NCBI GenBank assembly: GCA_017939155.1
Contig: JAGAZZ010000008.1
Coordinates: 5,963 to 69,962, forward strand
Reading direction: 5' to 3'
Origin: Alphaproteobacteria bacterium
Lineage (GTDB): Bacteria; Pseudomonadota; Alphaproteobacteria; RF32; CAG-239
Length of the DNA stretch: 64,000 nucleotides
Numbering within the stretch: the first letter of the stretch is position 1; every line of letters begins with the position of its first letter. Below the pieces are notes generated by a model. It was not told where the DNA came from. It was given only the letters and a program-made list of their open reading frames with translations, and did no database searches. Shown here one piece after another: positions 36,671-44,736 of the stretch. The position numbers and the translations under genes were made by a program.

Positions 36671-36990
36671 ACCCCCAAACCGCCAAAAGAGTAGGTAGAT
36701 ATTAACGAACAAAATCCTACCAATAGTTCCAACTTGATTATACCACACCAACCAACAGCACAAAACACTTCAATTCCAACAAAAAGATACAGCACAGCTT
36801 GCCAAGCTAAAAGCAATAAAACCAAAACCTTATCTGCAAATTTTCCTAATCATAACCTTGAACAACACACCATTTATCAACTCTTTACTTTAACAACAGA
36901 AAAAACTCAAACCTCATAATCAAAACTTCACAACCTCAAATAAATCCCAAAATTCACACCTCCAACTCCCCCTCTCCATAATTCGACACC

Positions 36991-37018
36991 TTGTCGCATA
37001 ATATATATTACAATTTCC
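36991..37018 (+). other. degenerate dif-like site (attL of the inserted element)
   Basis: TTGTCGCATAA|TATATA|TTACAATTTCC. The first 20 nt are identical to 45302-45321, and the right arm has diverged. Confidence 0.6.
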
Positions 37019-37045
37019 CATTTCCAATAGAGATGGGGATTTTCT

Positions 37046-37747
37046 ATGTTTTCGATTTGTCCGCAAAAAGTATTTACAAACAAAAGGTTAACATCAACAG
37101 ACTTACGTGTTTATCTCTCAATACAAGGATTCGCTAATCAAGAGGGATATTGTTACCCGTCTATTGCCAAAATTGCTACAACTTTAGGCGTATGCCGCAG
37201 AACAATAGAACGGAGCTTATCACGCCTCGAAAAAGAGCAGGTAATAGCCCGCTCAAAACGTATTAAAAATGACGGCGGATATACTTCAAACGGCTATTAC
37301 TTAAAATTAGAGCCCAAAGGCGAAAACATCAATGAAACAGCCGCTTTAAACGATACGACAAATATGACGCAGGGTATACGGCAAGATTGTCGCATACCTA
37401 GCGACACAAATGACGCAACGAACTATAATCAATGTAATAATAATAATTTTAATTTTAATAATACGCGTGCGTGCGCACGCGAAGAACTCGGCAACGAATA
37501 TGTGCAGGCGGAGATAACAGAGGAAGACCGCCAAGCCGTACAAGTCGCCAAATGTTATTCTCAAAATTACAGATTTATCAAGCTACCGGACGGAAAAATC
37601 GCCATTCGTCCTGCGGCTGGCTTTGTGCTGTCTGAAACACCAGCCGCTCAAGCCATTGTTGACTGCTTAACCTATAAATTTGGCTATGACGTCATTCTTG
37701 TAGATTTTAATCAACATTTTTTAGGCGAAATTGAGATAAGGAGTTAA
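37046..37747 (+). CDS. winged-helix/HTH replication-initiator-like or regulatory protein
   Basis: LTSTDLRVYLSIQGFANQEGYCYPSIAKIATTLGVCRRTIERSLSRLEKEQVI resembles phage/plasmid replication HTH domains. It has an Asn-rich linker and no HUH motif. Confidence 0.5.
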   Translation: MFSICPQKVFTNKRLTSTDLRVYLSIQGFANQEGYCYPSIAKIATTLGVCRRTIERSLSRLEKEQVIARSKRIKNDGGYTSNGYYLKLEPKGENINETAALNDTTNMTQGIRQDCRIPSDTNDATNYNQCNNNNFNFNNTRACAREELGNEYVQAEITEEDRQAVQVAKCYSQNYRFIKLPDGKIAIRPAAGFVLSETPAAQAIVDCLTYKFGYDVILVDFNQHFLGEIEIRS

Positions 37748-37751
37748 ACCT

Positions 37752-37964
37752 ATGTATATTTTAAAAATTTTTATCAAAAATGAAAAAGGCGCGTATGTGC
37801 AAATTAAAAAATTTGAGCTTTCAGGCAAACTCGACAATGAGGCACGCACTAGAGGCGAAAAAATAGCCAAAAGCCACAATCCAAACGCAATAGCGTATTT
37901 TGAGGAAATACCTGCTGATATTGACGCAGGACGTAAACTCAAAGAAGTAACAAGGGGGATGTAA
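37752..37964 (+). CDS. small phage protein
   Basis: 70 aa; its stop overlaps the next start (TAATG). Confidence 0.45.
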   Translation: MYILKIFIKNEKGAYVQIKKFELSGKLDNEARTRGEKIAKSHNPNAIAYFEEIPADIDAGRKLKEVTRGM

Positions 37965-38221
37965 TGGCAGAAGTAGTAGGACGTATGACTTGTCCGGTTT
38001 GCGGCGAGGAAATGCAAGATTTAAAAGTTAACAAAAACCAAAAACTTTATATGTACTGCGACAATGGCTGTTGCATAAGGCTAAATTCCAAACAAAGCCG
38101 CTACATCCGCGCCCAACTGGCGCAAAAAAAGGCGGTGAGTGTGGCAAAATTAGGCTATATCCGCCCAATAACCAAATTTGACGAAAGATTATTAAACGAC
38201 GATGACGAAGACGAATTTTAG
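37964..38221 (+). CDS. zinc-ribbon protein
   Basis: CPVCG ...(17)... CDNGCC, with an acidic tail. Confidence 0.5.
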   Translation: MAEVVGRMTCPVCGEEMQDLKVNKNQKLYMYCDNGCCIRLNSKQSRYIRAQLAQKKAVSVAKLGYIRPITKFDERLLNDDDEDEF

Positions 38222-38233
38222 AAAGGTAAATCA

Positions 38234-38722
38234 ATGACAAACGAAAATATTTTAAACAACGGCGGCAACGTAAGCGATGAAGAATTTGCAGAGATTAACG
38301 AAACAGTATTTGAGGAAACCAAACCGCAAGCCGTTGTTTTATCAACAGAAGAATTTAACCAACGTTTTATCGAAATGTTTGATATGTTCGGCGATATATG
38401 GGATATGCCGGAGTTCAAAATTAATCACGAAAAAACGCTTGAAGTCGCAGGGGCTAAGCTAACAGCCGGAAAGCTCTACAATCTTGCGCAAAAATATCCG
38501 CTAATGCACTTTTTGATTGAGCCATCCGGCGGCTGGTTTGGAGATTTTTGGTTAATTGGCGTTTTTTGCTGGAGTAAGGCGGATATTGTCAGCCGGAAAG
38601 TGTCCGGCTTAACCCTTGCCGGAAAAATCCGTAACTTTTTCCAAAAAACGAGGGGTAAAATGCAAGAAACAAGCCTTTTCAAACGTTTATTTCATAAAAC
38701 AGATGCAAAGGTTAAAAAATGA
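38234..38722 (+). CDS. hypothetical phage protein (acidic N-terminus, hydrophobic segment near aa 100-120)
   Basis: 162 aa; overlaps the ATPase start (ATGA). Confidence 0.45.
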   Translation: MTNENILNNGGNVSDEEFAEINETVFEETKPQAVVLSTEEFNQRFIEMFDMFGDIWDMPEFKINHEKTLEVAGAKLTAGKLYNLAQKYPLMHFLIEPSGGWFGDFWLIGVFCWSKADIVSRKVSGLTLAGKIRNFFQKTRGKMQETSLFKRLFHKTDAKVKK

Positions 38723-39351
38723 TTAAGAAAGACGTGCAAGCGCGCCGAATAGGAATATTTGGCGCATCCGGTAGCGGGAAGACCACAAAGGCGCTTGATT
38801 TGGTGGAAAAAGTCACCCGTTTAATCGCCTTTGACCCGCTGGACGATTTAACCAAAATCAAAACCCGTATTTCAGATATGAACTATCTGAAGAATTTTGT
38901 CATAAAAAACTATGCAAAGGGCTTCCGTGTCCGCTTCGTACCGGAACTCGGCAAAGCAAAAGAGCAGTTATCCGAAATTAGCCTTTTCTTGCGCGAATTA
39001 CAGGCAGGCTATAAGTTCAACCGGCACAATGCGCTTGTCACGCTGTTTGTCGATGAGCTTGATACAAGCTTCCCGCTCAATATCAGCCGTTCAATGACTG
39101 ATAACGGATTTTATTTTCTCTGTTGCCGAGGGCGACACTACGGGATAAACATTGTCGGTATTAGTCAGCGTATGAGTTTAGTCGATTTGCCTTTTCGCGC
39201 GAACTTATCAGACTTGTTCGTTTTCCGGCTTGCAGATTTTAACGACATCAAAGCGGCAGTTCAAATGCTTGGCACACCATACCGACAACGTATTGTCGAT
39301 TTAACCAACTTTAAATACATCTACAAAAACCCTGAGGGAGTAATAAAATGA
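38719..39351 (+). CDS. small P-loop ATPase (genome-packaging-type / Zot-N-like)
   Basis: Walker A GASGSGKTT and Walker B TLFVDELD. It is 210 aa with no TM, and sits just upstream of the capsid-size gene. Confidence 0.7.
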   Translation: MIKKDVQARRIGIFGASGSGKTTKALDLVEKVTRLIAFDPLDDLTKIKTRISDMNYLKNFVIKNYAKGFRVRFVPELGKAKEQLSEISLFLRELQAGYKFNRHNALVTLFVDELDTSFPLNISRSMTDNGFYFLCCRGRHYGINIVGISQRMSLVDLPFRANLSDLFVFRLADFNDIKAAVQMLGTPYRQRIVDLTNFKYIYKNPEGVIK

Positions 39352-39500
39352 CGTTTTATGTAATCGTGTATAATTCTTGGCGGGGTATTGATGTTTTTGA
39401 ATTTAACACAGAAGCAATGGCACAATGTTTTATTCGCAACAACGAAGTAAAAGAGTTCGTTATAATTCAGGGAACACTAATTGAAAAAACTATAAACTAA
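39348..39500 (+). CDS. small phage protein (50 aa)
   Basis: Hand-translated as MTFYVIVYNSWRG...; ATGA overlap with the ATPase stop. Confidence 0.4.
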   Translation: MTFYVIVYNSWRGIDVFEFNTEAMAQCFIRNNEVKEFVIIQGTLIEKTIN

Positions 39501-39614
39501 ATTTTCTTATATAACGTACATATACATACATAAGGCAGGCGCGACTTGCGTAATGTTAAAACGGTAGGTAAACATAACCTATCGTTTTTTTAATTTTAAC
39601 AGAGGGGAAAACCT

Positions 39615-39704
39615 ATGAAATCATTACTTAAAATTATGGCAGGCGTTGTCGCTGGTATTTATGTTTACGAATACATCAAATCTGCAACATCAAAATCTAA
39701 ATAG
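39615..39704 (+). CDS. 29-aa single-TM peptide
   Basis: MKSLLKIMAGVVAGIYVYEYIKSATSKSK with a GAGGGG SD. Confidence 0.4.
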   Translation: MKSLLKIMAGVVAGIYVYEYIKSATSKSK

Positions 39705-39715
39705 GAGAAACGCTA

Positions 39716-40579
39716 ATGTCACAGGTAAAAAAAATCCTTATCCACGAATCAAAGGCTATCAGTGCCGGAACAATTTTGACCTATAATGTGCCGTCATTTG
39801 ATACGATTGACGACATCGTTCTTGAGTTCTTAAATTCCGGCGCCGCCGCAACCAAAGCAAACGTTTTAGCTGGTGTTGGCAAAATTGCCCTAAATATCAA
39901 CGGCGAACAGGTAGTTAATCTGCCTATCGCGCGTTTGTATGACATTTACGCCGCGCTCGGAACAGAAGTCACCCAAAACTTAACCAACTGTATCGGTTTG
40001 AATATAGGGCGTTATCTGTTCAAAGACTCGAACAATGAAGACTACTTTGCGTATGGTTGCGCCGATATTCAGACAATTCAGGTTCAAGTTTACCTCAATT
40101 CAACTGTTACCGGCTTGACAGATTGCCAAGTTAGCACAATCCGCCGCGCAACTAACCAGTCTCTTGGCTCTTATATCAAAGCTATCAACTACCCGCAGAC
40201 AATGAACACCACCGGTATTTCAACGGTTGACACTTTGCCGCGTGATAGCAATGAAGCTTATTTGTCAATTATGGCGCACAACGGCGGCGGTGCAATCTCA
40301 GGCGGTGAATGTGTTGTCAACGGTAACTCGGTATTTGACCCTATCAGTCAGTCTTTAGATGATTACATCGTCAACGCTCGCGGTTTAGCCGCTGTTTCCG
40401 GTGTGTTTAACTACTCTTTCTCAGACGGCGCCGTAAAAGGTATTTTACCTATGCAAGGCGTAACTGAGTTGCGTTTGAAAACCACTTTTACAACCGCACC
40501 GACAAATGGAAACTACGACCTTGTCGCCGTTTCTATTCGTAACGTACCGGCTCAAATGCTTAAAGCCGTTGCCGCTTAA
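39716..40579 (+). CDS. putative major capsid protein
   Basis: 287 aa with no TM and an AGGAGA SD, followed by a GC stem-loop. Its position after the ATPase and its size resemble tailless-phage MCPs. This is an inference only. Confidence 0.45.
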   Translation: MSQVKKILIHESKAISAGTILTYNVPSFDTIDDIVLEFLNSGAAATKANVLAGVGKIALNINGEQVVNLPIARLYDIYAALGTEVTQNLTNCIGLNIGRYLFKDSNNEDYFAYGCADIQTIQVQVYLNSTVTGLTDCQVSTIRRATNQSLGSYIKAINYPQTMNTTGISTVDTLPRDSNEAYLSIMAHNGGGAISGGECVVNGNSVFDPISQSLDDYIVNARGLAAVSGVFNYSFSDGAVKGILPMQGVTELRLKTTFTTAPTNGNYDLVAVSIRNVPAQMLKAVAA

Positions 40580-40593
40580 AGGTTTTTCAAATC

Positions 40594-40612
40594 GGGCGGG
40601 TCGCTCCCGCCC
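40594..40612 (+). terminator. GC-rich stem-loop after the capsid-size gene (attenuator / mRNA stabiliser)
   Basis: GGGCGGG TCGCT CCCGCCC, with no strong T-run. Confidence 0.3.
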
Positions 40613-40632
40613 ACTTTAGGAGATTTAGATAA

Positions 40633-40875
40633 ATGTCAGATAATGCAGGAAATTCTACGAGTTGGTGGCAATGGATTGCAAACACGGCGCAAGAAGTTTA
40701 TCAAACAAAATTAGGCGCTGATGTAGCAATGAAAAACTCGGAAGTATTAGCTCAACAGCAAGAAGATAATAACACTTTGTCATTTTTGGGAATGACATTG
40801 CATAAGGATACGCTTCTTTGGGTCGGTGGCGGTACGTTGCTGGTTGTTTTGGTTGTAGCGCTTTTAAGGAAGTAA
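40633..40875 (+). CDS. small membrane protein (C-terminal TM)
   Basis: 80 aa; ...LLWVGGGTLLVVLVVALLRK. Confidence 0.5.
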   Translation: MSDNAGNSTSWWQWIANTAQEVYQTKLGADVAMKNSEVLAQQQEDNNTLSFLGMTLHKDTLLWVGGGTLLVVLVVALLRK

Positions 40876-40879
40876 TAAA

Positions 40880-41161
40880 ATGAGTTCGAGCCAAAACAAC
40901 GCAGACGCAAATAGAAATACAGGCGGATATATTGGAGAATTAGAGGCAAACCTTGGCCTTGATGACGCTTTCAATAATCTTTTTGCAGGATTTGGCTCAT
41001 CCAGCGCAACCGCAAACTCAGGCTTATCAACTGGCAACTGGGGAACTCACTCATCTTCCATCAACATAGACAGCCCGACAATGAGCTTGTCAAAAATGAT
41101 AACGTTTTGCGGTGTAGCTCTTATCGGATATTGGCTTTTTAAGAAAATAGCGAGGAAGTAA
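40880..41161 (+). CDS. small membrane protein (C-terminal TM)
   Basis: 93 aa; ...MITFCGVALIGYWLFKKIARK. Confidence 0.5.
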   Translation: MSSSQNNADANRNTGGYIGELEANLGLDDAFNNLFAGFGSSSATANSGLSTGNWGTHSSSINIDSPTMSLSKMITFCGVALIGYWLFKKIARK

Positions 41162-41568
41162 TGGGGTTATTTAGTTCAAAATCAAAATCTAGCTCAAAAA
41201 CGACCACAAATTACACCGATAATTCAACAAATAACGAATCCGCGGCAAGTTTAGGGGCTTTGTCACACGACAACGTAGTTGTCGGCGCAGGTTCAACCTA
41301 TAACTACACGGAGGGCGGATTGACCGGCGAGAATTTAAAGAACTTGCTCGGCACGGTTGAAACTCTGAATGAACAGACAAATAGCGCTTGGGATAGTTAT
41401 GTAACAGGCGTTCAAAAATCAGCTGAAAAAGCAATGGACACAACCGCGCAAGCCTATGCGGAATCCGATAGCGAATTAAGAAACATCATAGACGCAGTGA
41501 AACCTATCGCTTTATACGCCGCAATCGCCGCAGTTTTTTATTTCATTTTTAGGGGGAAGAAATGGTAA
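41161..41568 (+). CDS. membrane-anchored protein (C-terminal TM)
   Basis: 135 aa with a Ser/Thr/Asn-rich N-terminus; ...PIALYAAIAAVFYFIF. Confidence 0.5.
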   Translation: MGLFSSKSKSSSKTTTNYTDNSTNNESAASLGALSHDNVVVGAGSTYNYTEGGLTGENLKNLLGTVETLNEQTNSAWDSYVTGVQKSAEKAMDTTAQAYAESDSELRNIIDAVKPIALYAAIAAVFYFIFRGKKW

Positions 41569-42179
41569 GCAATATAAATCTAGGTTCGGTTCAAGCGCCA
41601 TACTGGGAGCAAACTATCACTTTGCCGCCACACGGTTATCATAAAGTTCAATACGTTACCGATAACTTTCAACTTTTATCAACAAGCCTGCCAAACGCTT
41701 TAAAAGTGAGTTTTGGCGGTTCTATGATTGACACGCCTTTCCGCGCCGGTATGGGCTACCGTTTAACAGAGCCGGTACAGTTTGTAGAGCTAAGAAACGA
41801 CAACGATGTTGAATTAACTGTTGATTTTGTGCTGGGTATCGGACAAATTCAAGATAATCGTCTAAACGTGGTTGGACAAATTGACACTAGAACAACTTTG
41901 TTAGGTTATACTAAAATAGAATTTAACCATTTTAGTTTAAATGCAGGCACGACCGGCGCACGACCATCACCAAAAAACGGAATTATAGCATATAGCGTTA
42001 CAAAAGGAACACTCAGACTTAGATTAACACCACCCGGCGGAAGCTCTGATAGCGTGTATATAGAACTCCAAGAAGGACAATCATTTGAGTTTCCATCATC
42101 ACAACAAATATTAATTTATTACCAAAATCCCTCAAGTTCAGCCAAAGTCGAATTCAATCTATTTGTGGGAGAATACTAA
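41562..42179 (+). CDS. hypothetical structural protein (vertex/spike-associated?)
   Basis: 205 aa, soluble, overlapping its neighbours; lies immediately before the tail-collar gene. Confidence 0.4.
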   Translation: MVSNINLGSVQAPYWEQTITLPPHGYHKVQYVTDNFQLLSTSLPNALKVSFGGSMIDTPFRAGMGYRLTEPVQFVELRNDNDVELTVDFVLGIGQIQDNRLNVVGQIDTRTTLLGYTKIEFNHFSLNAGTTGARPSPKNGIIAYSVTKGTLRLRLTPPGGSSDSVYIELQEGQSFEFPSSQQILIYYQNPSSSAKVEFNLFVGEY

Positions 42180-42694
42180 TGACAATATTTAGCGGAGGTG
42201 GAAATAGTGGTGTAAAAGCAGGTTCTCTCTTAATGTGGGCGACAAACACTCCTCCTGAGGGGTATTTACTATGTGATGGTTCTGCTGTTTCTCGAACGAC
42301 CTATTCAGAACTTTTTAAAGTCATTGGCACAACTTTTGGCGCTGGAAATGGCTCAACAACATTTAATTTACCTACACTTAAAATTCCCGATGGAGCTGGA
42401 AATTTCACGGTGTATGGTGATGGAAACGCATTGCGTTGCCAAAATGGAGCGGGTCAACTTGGATATATGACAGCGCACCACGGGTCAGACGGTGAAGCCT
42501 ACCCAACGTTTTATACAACAAATGATATTGTAACAACTGGAGGAGGTGTCGGTTCAACCCCGAAATCTACTGCAAATGTTGCCTATGGCTTAGCACAAAA
42601 ATCTGTGGTAAGTTTGCAAGAAAACAAATCAACTGGTTTATATGTCGATTTTTCAGCTGAAACTTCAAATATAACTGCAATTATCAAATATTAG
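42179..42694 (+). CDS. phage tail-collar-domain (receptor-binding type) protein
   Basis: GSLLMWATNTPPEGYLLCDGSAVSRTTYSELFKVIGTTFGAGNGSTTFNLPTLK matches the tail-collar consensus (P.GW..CdG..l....Y..Lf..iG..fG.g....F.lPdl). Confidence 0.75.
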   Translation: MTIFSGGGNSGVKAGSLLMWATNTPPEGYLLCDGSAVSRTTYSELFKVIGTTFGAGNGSTTFNLPTLKIPDGAGNFTVYGDGNALRCQNGAGQLGYMTAHHGSDGEAYPTFYTTNDIVTTGGGVGSTPKSTANVAYGLAQKSVVSLQENKSTGLYVDFSAETSNITAIIKY

Positions 42695-42704
42695 GAGAAA
42701 TCAA

Positions 42705-43085
42705 ATGAAAGCTTATAAATACGACACCGAAAATCACAAATATTTAAAGGAAGTCACTTGTCAGTTAGACCCTTTGGAAACAATAAAAGCAGGAGAAAAT
42801 ATTTGGTTATTGCCTGCAGATTGCACATTTAAAGAGCCTTTACCACAAAAAGAGGGATATTTTGTTAAATTTGACGGAAATGATTGGATTTATGAAGAAA
42901 TACCACAACCGGAGCCGACACCTGAGCTGGTTCTTACATACGCCGATTTACGCCGCGCCGAATATCCGGCAATTCCTGAACAGTTAGATATGATTTACTG
43001 GGACAAGGTAAAAGGCACAAATAGATGGGAAGAAAAAATCAGCGAAATCAAAGCAAAATATCCGAAAGTTGATTTAAATGATTAA
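42705..43085 (+). CDS. hypothetical protein (fibre-chaperone-like position)
   Basis: 126 aa directly after the receptor-binding gene. No firm motif. Confidence 0.35.
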   Translation: MKAYKYDTENHKYLKEVTCQLDPLETIKAGENIWLLPADCTFKEPLPQKEGYFVKFDGNDWIYEEIPQPEPTPELVLTYADLRRAEYPAIPEQLDMIYWDKVKGTNRWEEKISEIKAKYPKVDLND

Positions 43086-43536
43086 GTGGTTAGCATACAT
43101 AGCCGCCGCTTATGTGGCATATAGAATATTAAAAAAGGGGTACGATATGACCAACGACCAAACAGATTATTTAGCCCGCACAATTTGGGGAGAAGCAAGA
43201 GGCGAGGGCGCTCGTGGTATGCAAGCAGTCGGCAACGTGATTATGAATCGCGTAAAAGCCGGCGGTTGGTATGGGGCAAGTATAAAAGACGTAGTTTTAA
43301 AGCCATATCAGTTCAGCGCGTGGAACGTTGGCGACCTCAACCGCGCTAAAATGTTAAACGCCACACCGGCACAATTATCAACTGCGCGAAAAATCGCCGA
43401 ACAACTACAATCTGGCGCATTACCTGATATAACCGGTGGCGCAACAAACTACCACGCAACCGGTATTTCGCCGTTGTGGGCGAAGAAAATGACCAAAACG
43501 GTACAAATCGGCAACCATATTTTTTATAAAGAGTAG
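43078..43536 (+). CDS. SleB-type cell-wall hydrolase with an N-terminal membrane anchor
   Basis: TM segment WLAYIAAAYVAYRIL, then LARTIWGEARGEG..GMQAVGNVIMNRV...PYQFSAWN (Hydrolase_2 signature). Confidence 0.8.
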   Translation: MIKWLAYIAAAYVAYRILKKGYDMTNDQTDYLARTIWGEARGEGARGMQAVGNVIMNRVKAGGWYGASIKDVVLKPYQFSAWNVGDLNRAKMLNATPAQLSTARKIAEQLQSGALPDITGGATNYHATGISPLWAKKMTKTVQIGNHIFYKE

Positions 43537-43544
43537 GGGGATAA

Positions 43545-43691
43545 ATGGGATATTTAGTTAGTTTTTTAGGCGGTGCGCTTGGTTGGGCTATTTTCGATAA
43601 AACAACCGAAAACGGCACAAAAAGCCTAAATTTAGTCGGATTGGCGGCACAAATGCTCGTCATCTATTGGGTTTACAAAAAATTGAAGTAA
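43545..43691 (+). CDS. 48-aa two-TM protein (holin-like)
   Basis: Hand-translated as MGYLVSFLGGALGWAIF...LAAQMLVIYWVYKKLK. Confidence 0.4.
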   Translation: MGYLVSFLGGALGWAIFDKTTENGTKSLNLVGLAAQMLVIYWVYKKLK

Positions 43692-43702
43692 AGGAGAAAA
43701 CA

Positions 43703-43900
43703 ATGTGGGGAACATTCTTAAAATTAGGCGGTTCATTGCTCGCAGGCTTAGGTATTGATTGGGCGTGGGATTCCTATCAAGAATCACAAGCCACGGCTGT
43801 CGAACAAGCGCAAATGAATAAACAGGCAAACTGGGGAAAGTGGATTCTAATCTCAGCGGCTGTTCTAGCAGGTTATTCAATGCTTAAAAAAGGACGGTAA
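43703..43900 (+). CDS. 65-aa two-TM protein
   Basis: ATG at 43703 after an AAGGAG SD; MWGTFLKLGGSLLAGLGI...WILISAAVLAGYSML. Confidence 0.45.
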   Translation: MWGTFLKLGGSLLAGLGIDWAWDSYQESQATAVEQAQMNKQANWGKWILISAAVLAGYSMLKKGR

Positions 43901-43903
43901 ACT

Positions 43904-44053
43904 ATGACGCAAGAGCTATTTAATCAATTACTGGCAAATAGCCCTATCGTTGGCGTTTTAATTTACTATGGGCAAAAAATCGTTCAAATCACTGAACGAC
44001 TTTCAAAAGTTGAGGGAATAATCTATGAACATTTTGGAAAAAATGAAAAATAA
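43904..44053 (+). CDS. 49-aa small protein
   Basis: Hand-translated as MTQELFNQLLANSPIVGVLIYYGQ... Confidence 0.35.
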   Translation: MTQELFNQLLANSPIVGVLIYYGQKIVQITERLSKVEGIIYEHFGKNEK

Positions 44054-44156
44054 AAGTTTTTGGGCAGGATTTTTGACTGCCTTTGCCGGTTTGGTTGGCG
44101 GTAGTCTTTCCGTACCGGATTTTTTAATCTCAATCATTAATTTAATAGGAGGCTAG
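44025..44156 (+). CDS. 43-aa single-TM protein
   Basis: MNILEKMKNKSFWAGFLTAFAGLVGG...; overlaps the previous ORF out of frame. Confidence 0.35.
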   Translation: MNILEKMKNKSFWAGFLTAFAGLVGGSLSVPDFLISIINLIGG

Positions 44157-44159
44157 GAT

Positions 44160-44291
44160 ATGGCTACACGCAAAAAACGCACATCCACGCGTAAAAAAAC
44201 GACTGCTAAACGCAAAGTTACAACACGCAAAAGAAAAATAACGAGAAAAAAGAAGAGTAGGGGCTTTCTTGCCGACTTTTTAAACTCGTAA
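44160..44291 (+). CDS. 43-aa extremely basic (Lys/Arg/Thr-rich) peptide
   Basis: MATRKKRTSTRKKTTAKRKVTTRKRKITRKKKSRGFLADFLNS with a GGAGG SD. Confidence 0.4.
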   Translation: MATRKKRTSTRKKTTAKRKVTTRKRKITRKKKSRGFLADFLNS

Positions 44292-44306
44292 AACTAAAGT
44301 TTTAAT

Positions 44307-44335
44307 TTGACTTTCTCATTTTTATTTCTCATAAT
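44307..44335 (+). promoter_or_regulatory. strong sigma70 promoter of the lipoprotein gene
   Basis: TTGACT, 17-nt spacer, CATAAT. Confidence 0.6.
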
Positions 44336-44370
44336 CTCTTAAAAGGTTTAAACTTTTAGGAGATTATTTG

Positions 44371-44736
44371 ATGAAAAAGTTGATTCTAGCAAGTATCTTA
44401 ATGCTTACAGCTTGCGCAACAGGTCCGAAAGATAGTGAAGTCGTTACTATTTTAAGTTATGAAAAATATACTGATTTATATGTAAATGACGAACTTGTCG
44501 GAATCAGCCACACACAAACAAGATTACCCTACAAAAACGCAAAAGAAACAAAAATTTACGGCAAGAAGCAGGGATGTCAAACAGTAGAGCTAAATGTTGA
44601 ATACGAATTTGATACGCCTATGCTCTTAAATCCTACAAATATCTTATATGTGCCTGAAAAATATTTAAGTTGGGACTGGTGGCGTCCATCTGAGGGAAAA
44701 ACACTATACAACGTGACACCTATTTGTAAAAACTAG
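44371..44736 (+). CDS. lipoprotein (element cargo, moron-like)
   Basis: MKKLILASILMLTAC lipobox. It has its own promoter and a TAGGAG SD. The track start at 44368 is TTG. Confidence 0.7.
   Translation: MKKLILASILMLTACATGPKDSEVVTILSYEKYTDLYVNDELVGISHTQTRLPYKNAKETKIYGKKQGCQTVELNVEYEFDTPMLLNPTNILYVPEKYLSWDWWRPSEGKTLYNVTPICKN

Noticed and set aside
36734-36919. 61-aa ORF in the A/C-rich tract
   Set aside because: The peptide is low-complexity and simply follows the skewed base composition. It has no SD.
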